Shown piece after piece: positions 25,431-34,580 of a stretch of 64,000 bases of DNA. Both the position numbers and the translations under genes were made by a program. The DNA is from Alphaproteobacteria bacterium. Lineage in GTDB: Bacteria > Pseudomonadota > Alphaproteobacteria > UBA2966. Positions within the stretch are counted from its first letter, which is position 1. Every line of letters begins with the position of its first letter. The notes below the pieces were generated by a model. The model did not search any database. It worked only from the letters and a program-made list of their open reading frames with translations, and was not told the origin of the DNA. The stretch is taken from NCBI GenBank assembly GCA_964291395.2, contig OZ219856.1, positions 2,496,001-2,560,000 on the forward strand, given 5' to 3'.

Positions 25431-25826
25431 TTATCGATATCTCCCGTGCTTCTGAAGCACCTCGATCTTGTAGCCGTCAGGATCCTGCACGAAGAAAAAT
25501 TTCGCCATCAGCAATCCATCCCGATGGAACTCTTTCACATCCGTTGGCTCGAACCCAAGGTTCTTGAAACGGGCATGCTCTTCATCGACATTGTCGACGG
25601 CGACCCCCAGATGCCCGTATCCCGACCCATGTGAATACGGTTCGGCCTGCCCATGATTGACGGTAAACTCGACTTCGAAATCAGCTTCGGAATTCCGAAG
25701 GTAGACAAGCGTGAAATCATCAAACTCGAAACGATCAGCGACATCGAGGTCGAAGGCCTTTTTGTAGAAATCGAGCGATCGGTCTTCTTCCTTCACCCGG
25801 ATCATCGAGTGGATCGCTTTGGCCAT
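25431..25826 (-). CDS. VOC family / lactoylglutathione lyase (glyoxalase I)
   Basis: HSMIRV, GYGHLGVAVD, QDPDGYKIE. Confidence 0.9.
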   Translation of the reverse strand: MAKAIHSMIRVKEEDRSLDFYKKAFDLDVADRFEFDDFTLVYLRNSEADFEVEFTVNHGQAEPYSHGSGYGHLGVAVDNVDEEHARFKNLGFEPTDVKEFHRDGLLMAKFFFVQDPDGYKIEVLQKHGRYR

Positions 25827-25994
25827 GATGCCTCCCCATTTTACGATTGCGGCGCTGTCTCCAAGATTTGGTGTCTAGAGAACAATACGGCTTTCATCTC
25901 CCGAGAGACAAAAGAGAGCGTGCGATGAAAGGAAGTCCCGTCCTGACACGCAAGAGCGCATGACCGGGACGCCTGAACCCGAGGAGGCCGACAG

Positions 25995-27047
25995 ATGACA
26001 GGACAGCTCTACGTGGGCGCGGGCCCCTGGGCCTCCGACAACAGCGAGAAGGACTTCGGGCTCTTTCGCAGCACGGATGACGGCAATACCTGGCAGCGAC
26101 TTACTCGTGGCCTCCCGCAACGGCCGGAGGTGCGCGCGCTGGCAGTGGATCCATCGGATCCCGGTACCGTCTACGCCGCGACCCAGGCGGGCCCCTATCG
26201 CAGCCGTGATGGCGGCGAGTCCTGGGGATCGCTGGGCCTCGACGGGTTGGGTACCACCTGGTCGGTGACGGTGCATCCCGCGGACTCCGACGTGTTGCTG
26301 GTGGGGACGACCGATGCCGGTGTGCACCGCAGCGTCGATGGCGGTGCGACCTGGCAGGCGTTGCCGACGATCATGCCCATGGAGGTCTGTGACGGGGGCT
26401 TTGCCCCCCGGATACTGCGCGTGGTCCTCGACCCCTCCCATCCTCACGAGATGTACGCGGCTGTCGAGATCGGAGGGGTCATCCGCAGCCTCGACAATGG
26501 CCACAGCTGGTCGTCCTGCAACTCGGGCCTGCTCGCCCTGGCTGAAGACGACCGGTACAAGAGCCGCCTCGTCAGCGATGCCGATCACGAGGGCATGATG
26601 GACTGTCACGCGCTCGCCATCAGCCGTGAGCGACCCGGCACTCTGTTCCTCGCCTGTCGCATGGGACTGTTCCGGAGCGTCGACCGCGGCGAGAGCTGGG
26701 AGGATGTGGGTATCGATCGGTTCTCCCCACTCACCTATGTTCGTGACCTGCGCGTGTCGCCCCGTGATGACAGGGTTGTCCTGGGCGCGTTCAGTCGTGC
26801 GTTCGACGGCGATGCCGGCTCGCTCTATCGCAGTGACGATCTCGGCGAGAGCTGGCGGCGCTTCGATCACGGATTGGAGATGGACAGCACGCTGATGACG
26901 GTTGCCGCGAGTCCCAGCAGCGCTGAGCGCGTGTGGTGCGCCACGCGACACGGTCAGGTGGTCGGCACCGAGGACGGCGGGGAGACCTGGCTGTCGCGTG
27001 CTCTTCCGGAACGGATCAAGGGTGTCTGGGCCATCGCCTGCGCGTAA
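25995..27047 (+). CDS. BNR/Asp-box repeat beta-propeller protein
   Basis: About seven SxDxGxxW repeats; SD GAGGAGG; no signal peptide. Confidence 0.85.
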   Translation: MTGQLYVGAGPWASDNSEKDFGLFRSTDDGNTWQRLTRGLPQRPEVRALAVDPSDPGTVYAATQAGPYRSRDGGESWGSLGLDGLGTTWSVTVHPADSDVLLVGTTDAGVHRSVDGGATWQALPTIMPMEVCDGGFAPRILRVVLDPSHPHEMYAAVEIGGVIRSLDNGHSWSSCNSGLLALAEDDRYKSRLVSDADHEGMMDCHALAISRERPGTLFLACRMGLFRSVDRGESWEDVGIDRFSPLTYVRDLRVSPRDDRVVLGAFSRAFDGDAGSLYRSDDLGESWRRFDHGLEMDSTLMTVAASPSSAERVWCATRHGQVVGTEDGGETWLSRALPERIKGVWAIACA

Positions 27048-27119
27048 GGGGCAGGCGAACACCATCCGGTGCTGTCGCGTTCGAATTGTCCGGCGTCTGA
27101 AGTTTCTCGGACAGTGCGC

Positions 27120-27734
27120 TCAGGCCGGCGGCGCGGTCTCACGGAACGCCTCCAGAGTGCCGAGCTCCTGGCTCAGGGCCTCGAGCTTCGGGCATTCGAG
27201 GGTGGCGAACAGTTCCGGGATGGCTATGCGCACGAACTCATAGACTGCCGCGGTAGTCAGGTCCGCCTGCGTGAGCCGAGAACCGGCCAGCCAGGGCGAG
27301 CCGGCCTGGCCATCCAGCCATTGGAAACCGCTGCGGCTCTGCTCCGAGATCATCTCGACCCAGGGTGGGTGCCATTTTTCCTCGGGGCGGTACCGTTTCT
27401 CATATGCGACCAAGGTGGCTTTCTCGACCGCACCCACGGCCACGGCCATGAGTTTCAGAACCCGTCTGCGTTCGGCCCCGAATGCAGGTGTGAGTGCCCG
27501 CTCCGGGCCGACCTGCTCATCCAGGTAGTCGAGGATGGCTCCGCTGTCGACAAGGGTCTCACCGTCATCCAGGATCAGCGCGGGAACACGAGTCAGGGGA
27601 TTGAGGTCGCGGATCTTCTGCCGGTCGTCCCCCACGACCGCGAACGGTCGGTGCTCGAAGGGCAGGTCATAGAGATGCATCGTCGTCGCCACGCGACGGA
27701 CGAAGGGCGAGAGGTAACGGCCAACCAGGATCAT
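27120..27734 (-). CDS. Glutathione S-transferase
   Basis: SPFVRRV, NPLTRVPAL, LVDSGAILDYLD, LTQADL. Confidence 0.9.
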   Translation of the reverse strand: MILVGRYLSPFVRRVATTMHLYDLPFEHRPFAVVGDDRQKIRDLNPLTRVPALILDDGETLVDSGAILDYLDEQVGPERALTPAFGAERRRVLKLMAVAVGAVEKATLVAYEKRYRPEEKWHPPWVEMISEQSRSGFQWLDGQAGSPWLAGSRLTQADLTTAAVYEFVRIAIPELFATLECPKLEALSQELGTLEAFRETAPPA

Positions 27735-27814
27735 GGCCCGAGGCTCCTTGACGAAACGCGCAATCGGACGAATGCCGTTTCAGCATTGTCTAAACACCAG
27801 CTCCCATTGCATCA

Positions 27815-28190
27815 AGCGCGATCTGCCGCTCACACCCCGCGAGCCCGGCCCTGCGCGCGTCTTCCATCAGGGTGTCAATGGCCGTCGCCAGTTCGTCGCA
27901 GCCAGCTCCGGAAGGTGCCGACCTCCGGCCGGTCGAGCGCCGCCCGCGGGTCAGCATCCAATAGCCGTCGTCGGTCGCCATGCTCTCGCCGATCGGGGCG
28001 CACGAGATTGCCCGACCGCAGGTCGTCGCGGGGAGCGTGGTGCACGACAGCGCCACCCCCCGCCGTTGCGCGGCGGCGGTCCACCGAATTGACAGGCGGT
28101 GGGCGGACGGCACGTCGGAAAGACCGACCGCCGCCAGAACTCCCACCCTCCGGCCAGGGCAGGGGCCCCGTGTCCTCGAGATGCAAGAGC
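27815..28190 (-). pseudogene. LysR (GcvA-like) substrate-binding-domain remnant with several frameshifts
   Basis: Joining frames gives HLED...W..LAAVGL...GVAL...DDLRSGNLVRPIGES...DGYW...RPEVGTFRSWL. Confidence 0.6.
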
Positions 28191-28639
28191 GTGGCCCCGG
28201 CAAGACTGCCGTCCCCAGAAACCGGAAATAATTCCGCGCAGACAACTCATATGTTGAATTCTCCGCAACCACTCTTGCAATCCTCTCAAATGTTGATTTT
28301 TTTGTTGCCTCCGCGTGTCGCCACGCGGTTGAACCTCTCGCCGGGGGATCAGCAGGTTCGTGATCCCCTTCTCCTCCTTGCCACGGCAGGCTCAGATGAA
28401 GCAGCTGAAGACTTTCGTCTCCCTCTCCTTGCTCTTTCGCCCGCCGCCTGCGCGCGGCAGCGACCTTCCTATCGAACTTCCGGGGGGCGTGACAGGAACC
28501 CGGGCGAAGCCAACCACATCGTCGCCTTCACCCTTCCGAACGCCCGCCGTGCCCGATCCCTCAACTGACAACGCCACAAAACTCCAAACGTTCCGGTTGC
28601 AGGATCTCGCTTCGACAAGCCGTTCCCTCTTGGGGGTTC

Positions 28640-28741
28640 ATAGGATTTTATTTATAAGATTTCGTCGAAGATTTGATATAAAATATTTGTATAAATATCC
28701 GGGGGGGGGGGGACTTTTTGATGTGAATTTCATAATAATGA
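28640..28741. promoter_or_regulatory. AT-rich element A upstream of the hybrid kinase (contains G12 tract)
   Basis: GATTTGATATAAAATATTTGTATAAATAT, G12 at 28701-28712, TTTTGATGTGA; shares motifs with 31822-31893. Confidence 0.55.
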
Positions 28742-28893
28742 GGCGCTTCAGCCGGCCGTACGCCAGCGCGTCGCGCGATATGCCGCCAGCGGCGGTTCGC
28801 CTCTTCCGCATCATTATGGAGCCATCGTTCAAATAAATCTAAAGTGTGTCGGCTTCATAATAATGACGGCGGGGATGACACAAGGAGGCGGTT

Positions 28894-31233
28894 TTGGCTC
28901 GCGGCAGCAGTGAGGCTGAAGACCTGAAGCGGAAGAATGAGGCGTTGCGCACGCGCATCGCGGCGCTGAACGCGGCCATCCTGCGGATCAACGCGAGCCT
29001 CGACCTCGACACCGTGCTCGACGAGGTGATGGAGAGCGCCCGGGCGCTTACCGGCGCCCGCTGGGGCGCGCTGGCGAGCGTCGACGAGGCGGGCGCGCCC
29101 CAGGACTTCCTGACCTCGGGCTTCACGCCGGAGGAGGAGCTGGAGCTCCTCGCATGGCCGCACAGCCTGAGCCTGTTCGAGCACTTCCGCGGGCTGCCGG
29201 GGCCGGTGCGGCTGGCCGATCTCGCGGGCTACGTCCGCGCGCTCGGCATCGAGCCCGTGCGGATGTTCTCGCGCAGCTTCCAGGGCACGCCGATGCGCCA
29301 CCGCGGCGTCGACGTCGGCAACTTCTTCCTCGCCGACAAGGCGGACGGGGAGGCGTTCACCGACGAGGACGAGGAGGTGCTGACGCTGTTCGCCTCGCAG
29401 GCGGCGTCGGCGATCGCCAACGCCCGCATCCACCGCGGCGAGCGCCGGGCCCGGGCCGACCTCGAGGCCCTGGTCGAGACCTCTCCGGTCGGGGTCGTGG
29501 TGTTCGATGCGCAGACCGGCCGGGCGGTGTCGATCAACCGCGAGGCGCGGCGCATCGTGGAGCGCCTGCGCATGCCGGGCCATCCGCCCGAGCAGCTCCT
29601 GGAGGTGCTGTCCTTCCGCCGCGCCGACGGCAGCGAGGCGAGCCTGGGCGATCTCCCGATCGACCGTCTGCTGCAGAGCGGCGAGACGGTGCGCGCCGAG
29701 GAGGTGGTGCTCTCGGTGCCGGACGGGCGCAGCGTCAGGGCCTTGGTCAACGCCGCGCCGGTTCGCACCGAGGGGGATGGCATCGCCTCGGTGGTGGTGA
29801 CCCTGCAGGATCTGGCGCCGCTCGACGAGATCGAGCGGCTGCGGACGGAGTTCCTGGGCCTGGTGAGCCACGAGCTGCGGGAGCCTCTGGCCGCCATCAA
29901 GGGCTCGGCGACGACGCTGCTTGAGGACTCCGCGGCGCTCGACCCGGCCGAGATGCGCGAGTTCCACCGCATCATCGTCGCGCAGTCCAACCACATGCGG
30001 GGCCTGATCAGCGACCTGCTCGACGCCGGCCGCATCGATTCGGGCGCGCTCTCGGTGGCGCCGGAGCCCTCGGAGCTGGCGGAGCTGGTGGAGCGGGCGC
30101 GGGACACCTTCGTGGGCGGCGGCGGGCGGCACGGCATCGTGGTGGACCTTCCCGTCGGCCTGCCCCGCGCGATGGCCGACCGCCGGCGCATCGTGCAGGT
30201 GCTGAACAACCTCTTCGCCAACGCCGCCCGGCACGCCGCGGAGTCCTCGCCCATCCGGGTCTCGGCGCGGCGCGAGGAGGGCCATGTCGCGGTCTCGGTC
30301 GCGGACGAGGGCCGCGGTGTGGCGCCGGAGCTGCTGCCGCGGCTCTTCGACAAGCACGCCGGGGAGGGCTCGAAGGCCGGCTACGGCCTGGGGCTCGCGA
30401 TCTGCAAGGGGCTGGTGGAGGCGCACGGCGGGCGCATCCGGGCGGAGAGCCCCGGCCCCGGCCTCGGCACCACCGTCACCTTCACCCTGCCGGTGGCAGG
30501 CGAGACGGGCGCGGAGGCGGCTGCGGGCCCTCCGCCCGGCGGGCAGCCGGCCGAGAGGGTACGCATCCTGGTGGTCGACGACGACCCGCGGACGCTACGC
30601 TCGGTGCGCGACACGCTGTCGGCGGCCGGCTACGCCCCGCTGGTGACCGGCGAGGCGGGGGAGCTCGCGCACATCATCCGCTCGGAGAGGCCGCGGCTGG
30701 TCCTGCTCGACCTGGTGATGCCCGACAAGGACGGCATCGCGCTGATGCAGGAGGTCCCCGAGCTCTCCGACCTGCCGGTGATATTCATCTCGGGCTACGG
30801 CCGCGACGAGACGGTCGCCGCGGCGCTCGAAGCGGGCGCGGCGGACTACGTCGTCAAGCCGTTCTCCTCGACCGAGCTGGTGGCGCGGGTCCGGGCCGCG
30901 CTGCGCCGCCACGAGGAGCCCGGGCCTTTCGTGCTCGGAGACCTCGCCATCGACTACGGGCGCCGCCGGGTGTCGGTCGCGGGAGACCCGGTCGCCCTCA
31001 CCGCCACCGAGTTCGAGCTCCTGCGCATCCTCTCGCTCAACGCGGGGCGGGTCGTGACCTTCGATACCCTGCTGCGCCGCATCTGGAGCGGGCGCGGCAG
31101 AGCCGATGCGAACCTGGTGCGCATCTTCGTGCGCACGCTGCGCCAGAAGCTCGGCGAGGACGCGGCGAACCCCGCCTGGATCTTCAACGAGCGCGGCGTC
31201 GGATACCGCATGGCCGCACCGGGGGAAGACTGA
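28894..31233 (+). CDS. Soluble hybrid sensor kinase/response regulator: GAF-PAS-HisKA-HATPase-REC-OmpR winged helix
   Basis: SHELREPL, NLFANAARH, DEGRG, GLGLAIC, VVDDD/LLDLVMP/KPF, LTATEFELL...LRQKLG...RGVGYRM; no TM segments; TTG start after GGAGG. Confidence 0.9.
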   Translation: MARGSSEAEDLKRKNEALRTRIAALNAAILRINASLDLDTVLDEVMESARALTGARWGALASVDEAGAPQDFLTSGFTPEEELELLAWPHSLSLFEHFRGLPGPVRLADLAGYVRALGIEPVRMFSRSFQGTPMRHRGVDVGNFFLADKADGEAFTDEDEEVLTLFASQAASAIANARIHRGERRARADLEALVETSPVGVVVFDAQTGRAVSINREARRIVERLRMPGHPPEQLLEVLSFRRADGSEASLGDLPIDRLLQSGETVRAEEVVLSVPDGRSVRALVNAAPVRTEGDGIASVVVTLQDLAPLDEIERLRTEFLGLVSHELREPLAAIKGSATTLLEDSAALDPAEMREFHRIIVAQSNHMRGLISDLLDAGRIDSGALSVAPEPSELAELVERARDTFVGGGGRHGIVVDLPVGLPRAMADRRRIVQVLNNLFANAARHAAESSPIRVSARREEGHVAVSVADEGRGVAPELLPRLFDKHAGEGSKAGYGLGLAICKGLVEAHGGRIRAESPGPGLGTTVTFTLPVAGETGAEAAAGPPPGGQPAERVRILVVDDDPRTLRSVRDTLSAAGYAPLVTGEAGELAHIIRSERPRLVLLDLVMPDKDGIALMQEVPELSDLPVIFISGYGRDETVAAALEAGAADYVVKPFSSTELVARVRAALRRHEEPGPFVLGDLAIDYGRRRVSVAGDPVALTATEFELLRILSLNAGRVVTFDTLLRRIWSGRGRADANLVRIFVRTLRQKLGEDAANPAWIFNERGVGYRMAAPGED

Positions 31234-31422
31234 ACCCCGTTCCCGCTACGGTTCGTTGTTGGCGTCGGGTTGGGTCTCGATTTCCTCGAAACGGCTGCTG
31301 TAGTTCGCTCCATTAGCTTCCCTCTCGGAAAGTGTCGAAGTGGAAATATCACTAGTCCCGGTATCGGCGCGTAACGCATGATTCCCCGGTTGCTTGCGAC
31401 GAACGTTACAGGGGAGGGCCGC

Positions 31423-31647
31423 TCACTGCTGACACTTTCGGTGTCCCGGCCCTCCCTGCCCGACGCGCCAGGGAGGTGGGGGGACGCGCCGGGCCCGGGC
31501 TTCCTGGATCTCGTAGGTCTCCGCGGGCGCGGCGGACCGGGTGAAATGGAGCGTTCCCGCACCGCCGAGCCAGTCGTGGCCCTCGTCCCTGGCGCAGCCG
31601 GTCACCGCCAGAGCGGCCGCCAACACCGCAATTGCCTTGTTCACCAT
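31423..31647 (-). pseudogene. Truncated lipoprotein-like gene
   Basis: MVNKAIAVLAAALAVTGC lipobox followed by a short, apparently frameshifted tail. Confidence 0.45.
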
Positions 31648-31821
31648 GGGCTGTGTCTTCCGCTTCCGTCCGGAAGTGCCTTTCGGTCCCGCATTCCGCA
31701 GGACGATCCGCGGCCCGCCCGCTCCCCTTTCTCTGAAGCGTTTCGTGTGCCCGGACTGCCGACGCTTCGCGCCGAAGGCTCTCGCTTCGGCGAGCCCGAA
31801 CCGTCGCGCCGGTATTCTGCA

Positions 31822-31893
31822 CGATTTGAGGAGATTTTATATAAATTATACGTGTGTAAATGAGATATTTTGATGTGATATTTATAAATATCA
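31822..31893. promoter_or_regulatory. AT-rich element B with perfect 18-bp palindrome
   Basis: GATTTTATATAAATT, TTTTGATGTGA (31868) and TGATATTTATAAATATCA (31876-31893). Confidence 0.55.
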
Positions 31894-32270
31894 GGAGAAT
31901 CTGGCACCCGCATGCCGCTGCGGCTTCGCCGACGGTGCCCTGGAAGAGCGAGCGCTCCAGGTTGGCGTCGAGGCCCGCACGCCTGTGCACGATGTTGGAC
32001 ACGAACTCCCAGCCGCGGACCATTTGTGACCGAGGATCTTTGCCATCTCGCAGCCATTTGATCCCGCTTGCACCTGAACCACTTGCGTCAGGCCAAGCAG
32101 TGCCCTCTGAAGCCCGGTGGGGTTGACGAGGTATTGAGAGGACTTGCGGCGCTGCATTCCGTCAATTGGCGCGCAACATTCATTCCAACGGGTTGCGTGG
32201 CGTCGACCGTCAACGGCGGCTCGATAGTGACGGCAATCCAGCGCGTATGCGGCCCGGCGTTTCGCGAGGC

Positions 32271-32401
32271 CTTGCATCCCCGATTTGGCTGCCTACATGT
32301 CCGTCAGGCGGCTGCCTCTTCCGGGGCCGTCATGTCGACCTGGCGGGGCCAAACGGCACGTCGCATCGGCCCCGCAGAGATATTGCTTGAAGGAGGATAT
32401 C
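32271..32401 (+). promoter_or_regulatory. RpoH promoter and ROSE-type thermometer of hsp20 copy 2
   Basis: CTTG (32271) and CCTACAT (32292); leader nearly identical to copy 1; hairpin GATATTGCTTGAAGGAGGATATC. Confidence 0.72.
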
Positions 32402-32869
32402 ATGCCTGCGACCACGTTCGACTTCACCCCCCTGTTCCGCACGTCCGTCGGCTTCGACCGCATGTCGCGCCTGCTCGACTCGGCGGCGCGTCTCGGGGAC
32501 AACGCGCTTTCCCACCCGCCCCACGACATCGAGCAGGTGGGCGAGAACAAGTACAGCATCACGATGGCGCTGGCCGGGTACGGCGAGAAGGACCTCGAGC
32601 TCACGGTCCACGAGGGTACCCTGACCGTGAAGACCAGGCCCCATGACGCCAGCGGCGGGAAGGACCGCAAGTTCCTTCACCGCGGCATCGGCGGGCGGGC
32701 CTTCGAGCGGAAGTTCCAGCTCGCCGAGTACGTCGAGGTCGTCGGCGCGAAGCTCGAGAACGGTTTGCTGCGGGTCGACCTGGAGCGGATCGTGCCCGAG
32801 GAGAAGAGGCCGCGCCCGATCGAGATCGGCGGCCCGAAACAGATCGAGGGCAAGGACGTCCAGCCATGA
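32402..32869 (+). CDS. ibpA: Small heat-shock protein Hsp20/IbpA (copy 2)
   Basis: Close paralog of 9188-9655; YPPYNIE is replaced by HPPHDIE. Confidence 0.92.
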   Translation: MPATTFDFTPLFRTSVGFDRMSRLLDSAARLGDNALSHPPHDIEQVGENKYSITMALAGYGEKDLELTVHEGTLTVKTRPHDASGGKDRKFLHRGIGGRAFERKFQLAEYVEVVGAKLENGLLRVDLERIVPEEKRPRPIEIGGPKQIEGKDVQP

Positions 32870-33693
32870 CCTACAAGGATATCGTCGTACATCTGGATCA
32901 GGACGAGGGCTCCGCGGCGCGGCTGGATGCCGCGACCGGGCTGGCCGGGCTCGGCGAGGGCCGGGTGATCGGCGTCTATGTCCGGTCCGCTTCCATCACC
33001 CCCGAATATGCGGCCATCGAAGCTCAGCAGGAACTTCTCTCCATCCTCTCGAAATGGGACGAGAAGCAGGGTGTGCTGGAGACCGAGGCCGAGCGCCTGT
33101 TCAACGACCGGACGGCGCGAGCCGGCACGCCGTCCGAATGGCGCCCCATGCAGGGCGACCCGGTCGACGCCGTCACCGCCTGTGCACGCCATGCCGACAT
33201 CACCATCGTCGGCCAGGCCGGTCCTCATGACGGGGCCGCCGCCGGACTGGCGGACAGTGTCGTGCTCGGGGCGGGCGGACCCGTTCTGGTGTGGCCGCAC
33301 GCCGGTTCTTTCGACGTGAACCCCCGTACCGTCATGCTCGCCTGGAACGGGACCCGCGAGGCAAAACGCGCTCTCGCCGATTCGCTTCCATTGCTGCGGC
33401 AGGCGGGCAAGGTGATCGTCATCGGCATCAACACGGGAGACGGCGAGCACATAGCCGGCGCCGATGCCTGCGCTCACCTGGCGCGGCATGGCGTCAACGC
33501 GGAGCCCCGGCACATCCTGACGTCGCCGGCGGAAAGCGACAGCGCTTCCCTGCTCTCCGCGGTCAGGGAGAGCGGCGCGGGCCTTCTCGTGATGGGCGCC
33601 TACGGCCATCACCGCATGCGGGAGCTGCTGCTGGGCGGCATGACGCGCGATCTGCTGCGCCGCACGACCGTGCCGGTGCTGATGTCCCATTAG
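32866..33693 (+). CDS. Universal stress protein (tandem USP domains)
   Basis: YKDIVVHLD, LAWNGTREAKRAL, LLVMGAYGH...LLGGMTR...VPVLMSH; ATGA overlap with hsp20. Confidence 0.92.
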   Translation: MTYKDIVVHLDQDEGSAARLDAATGLAGLGEGRVIGVYVRSASITPEYAAIEAQQELLSILSKWDEKQGVLETEAERLFNDRTARAGTPSEWRPMQGDPVDAVTACARHADITIVGQAGPHDGAAAGLADSVVLGAGGPVLVWPHAGSFDVNPRTVMLAWNGTREAKRALADSLPLLRQAGKVIVIGINTGDGEHIAGADACAHLARHGVNAEPRHILTSPAESDSASLLSAVRESGAGLLVMGAYGHHRMRELLLGGMTRDLLRRTTVPVLMSH

Positions 33694-33714
33694 AAACAGC
33701 TTCCGGTGAACGTC

Positions 33715-34176
33715 ATGGCGGATATCTCCTGGAGCCCGGAAATGAGTGTCGGTGTGGATTTGCTCGATTCGGACCATCGGGTCCTGATGAACATCATCAA
33801 TTCCCTCGCGGAAATTGCCCGTGGCCCCCGCACACCCCGGAACGCGGAGCGGATCGGGAAAACGCTCGACACCCTCGTGACTTACACGAAGAGCCATTTC
33901 GGCCGGGAAGAGAAGGTCATGGTCGCGAGCGGCTTTCCCGGGCTCGATGCCCATCACGGAGAACATGAGAACTTTATCCGCGACCTCGGTGAAATGTCGG
34001 AGCGCATCGGGCGTGATGAAGAAGGCGCGGTCGGCGAACTCGCCGCATACCTGAAGAGCTGGTGGGAGCACCACATCCTGATCCAGGACATGGCCTATCG
34101 GCCTTTTGCCGAGAACAGCGAAGCCGCTCAGGCTGCCGCGCGGACCTTCCCGCCGTTGTTCGTCTCCGTGACCTGA
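33715..34176 (+). CDS. Bacteriohemerythrin
   Basis: WSPEMSVGV..DSDH, HFGREE, HHGEH, HILIQD: complete di-iron ligand set. Confidence 0.9.
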   Translation: MADISWSPEMSVGVDLLDSDHRVLMNIINSLAEIARGPRTPRNAERIGKTLDTLVTYTKSHFGREEKVMVASGFPGLDAHHGEHENFIRDLGEMSERIGRDEEGAVGELAAYLKSWWEHHILIQDMAYRPFAENSEAAQAAARTFPPLFVSVT

Positions 34177-34225
34177 ACATGAGCGTTCGCTTTCCGAGGT
34201 CCGACCGGAATGTGACTTCCAGCCA

Positions 34226-34333
34226 GGCGCCCTGCTCGACCGCATCACCCACCATGTCCACATCCTGGAGATGAACGCCGAGAGCTACCGGCTCAAGCAG
34301 AGCCGATCGCGACGCCCGCGCCCGTCCAAGTAA
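34226..34333 (+). mobile_element. istB: IS21-family IstB ATPase C-terminal remnant
   Basis: GALLDRITHHVHILEMNAESYRLKQS. Confidence 0.85.
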
Positions 34334-34580
34334 CCCCCCTTGTCCCCGTGGGCCCACAGGTCCGGCATCCCTCGCGCCTCCCGCAACACCACGCTGCCGG
34401 GAGTCCATTTGGACCCGAGATTCGGCATGTCGAACGGGACAGGCAGGGGATTTCCTCTCACGCGCGGGCGGCGGGCGGGCGGCGGCGACCGGAACCCGAA
34501 GCGCAGCTCGGCGACGGTGATGGCGGGTACGTCGCGAGCCACGGCACCGAAGCCGTGGACGCTGTTTTCGTCTTCGCCGC

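Noticed and set aside
28263-28271. CCGCAACCA matching the tRNA-fMet 3' end (possible att site)
   Set aside because: Only 9 bp; expected by chance.
32020-32110. QAGSNGCEMAKILGHK on the minus strand, resembling a tyrosine-recombinase C-terminal motif
   Set aside because: No HxxR or catalytic Tyr context; too short to support a call.
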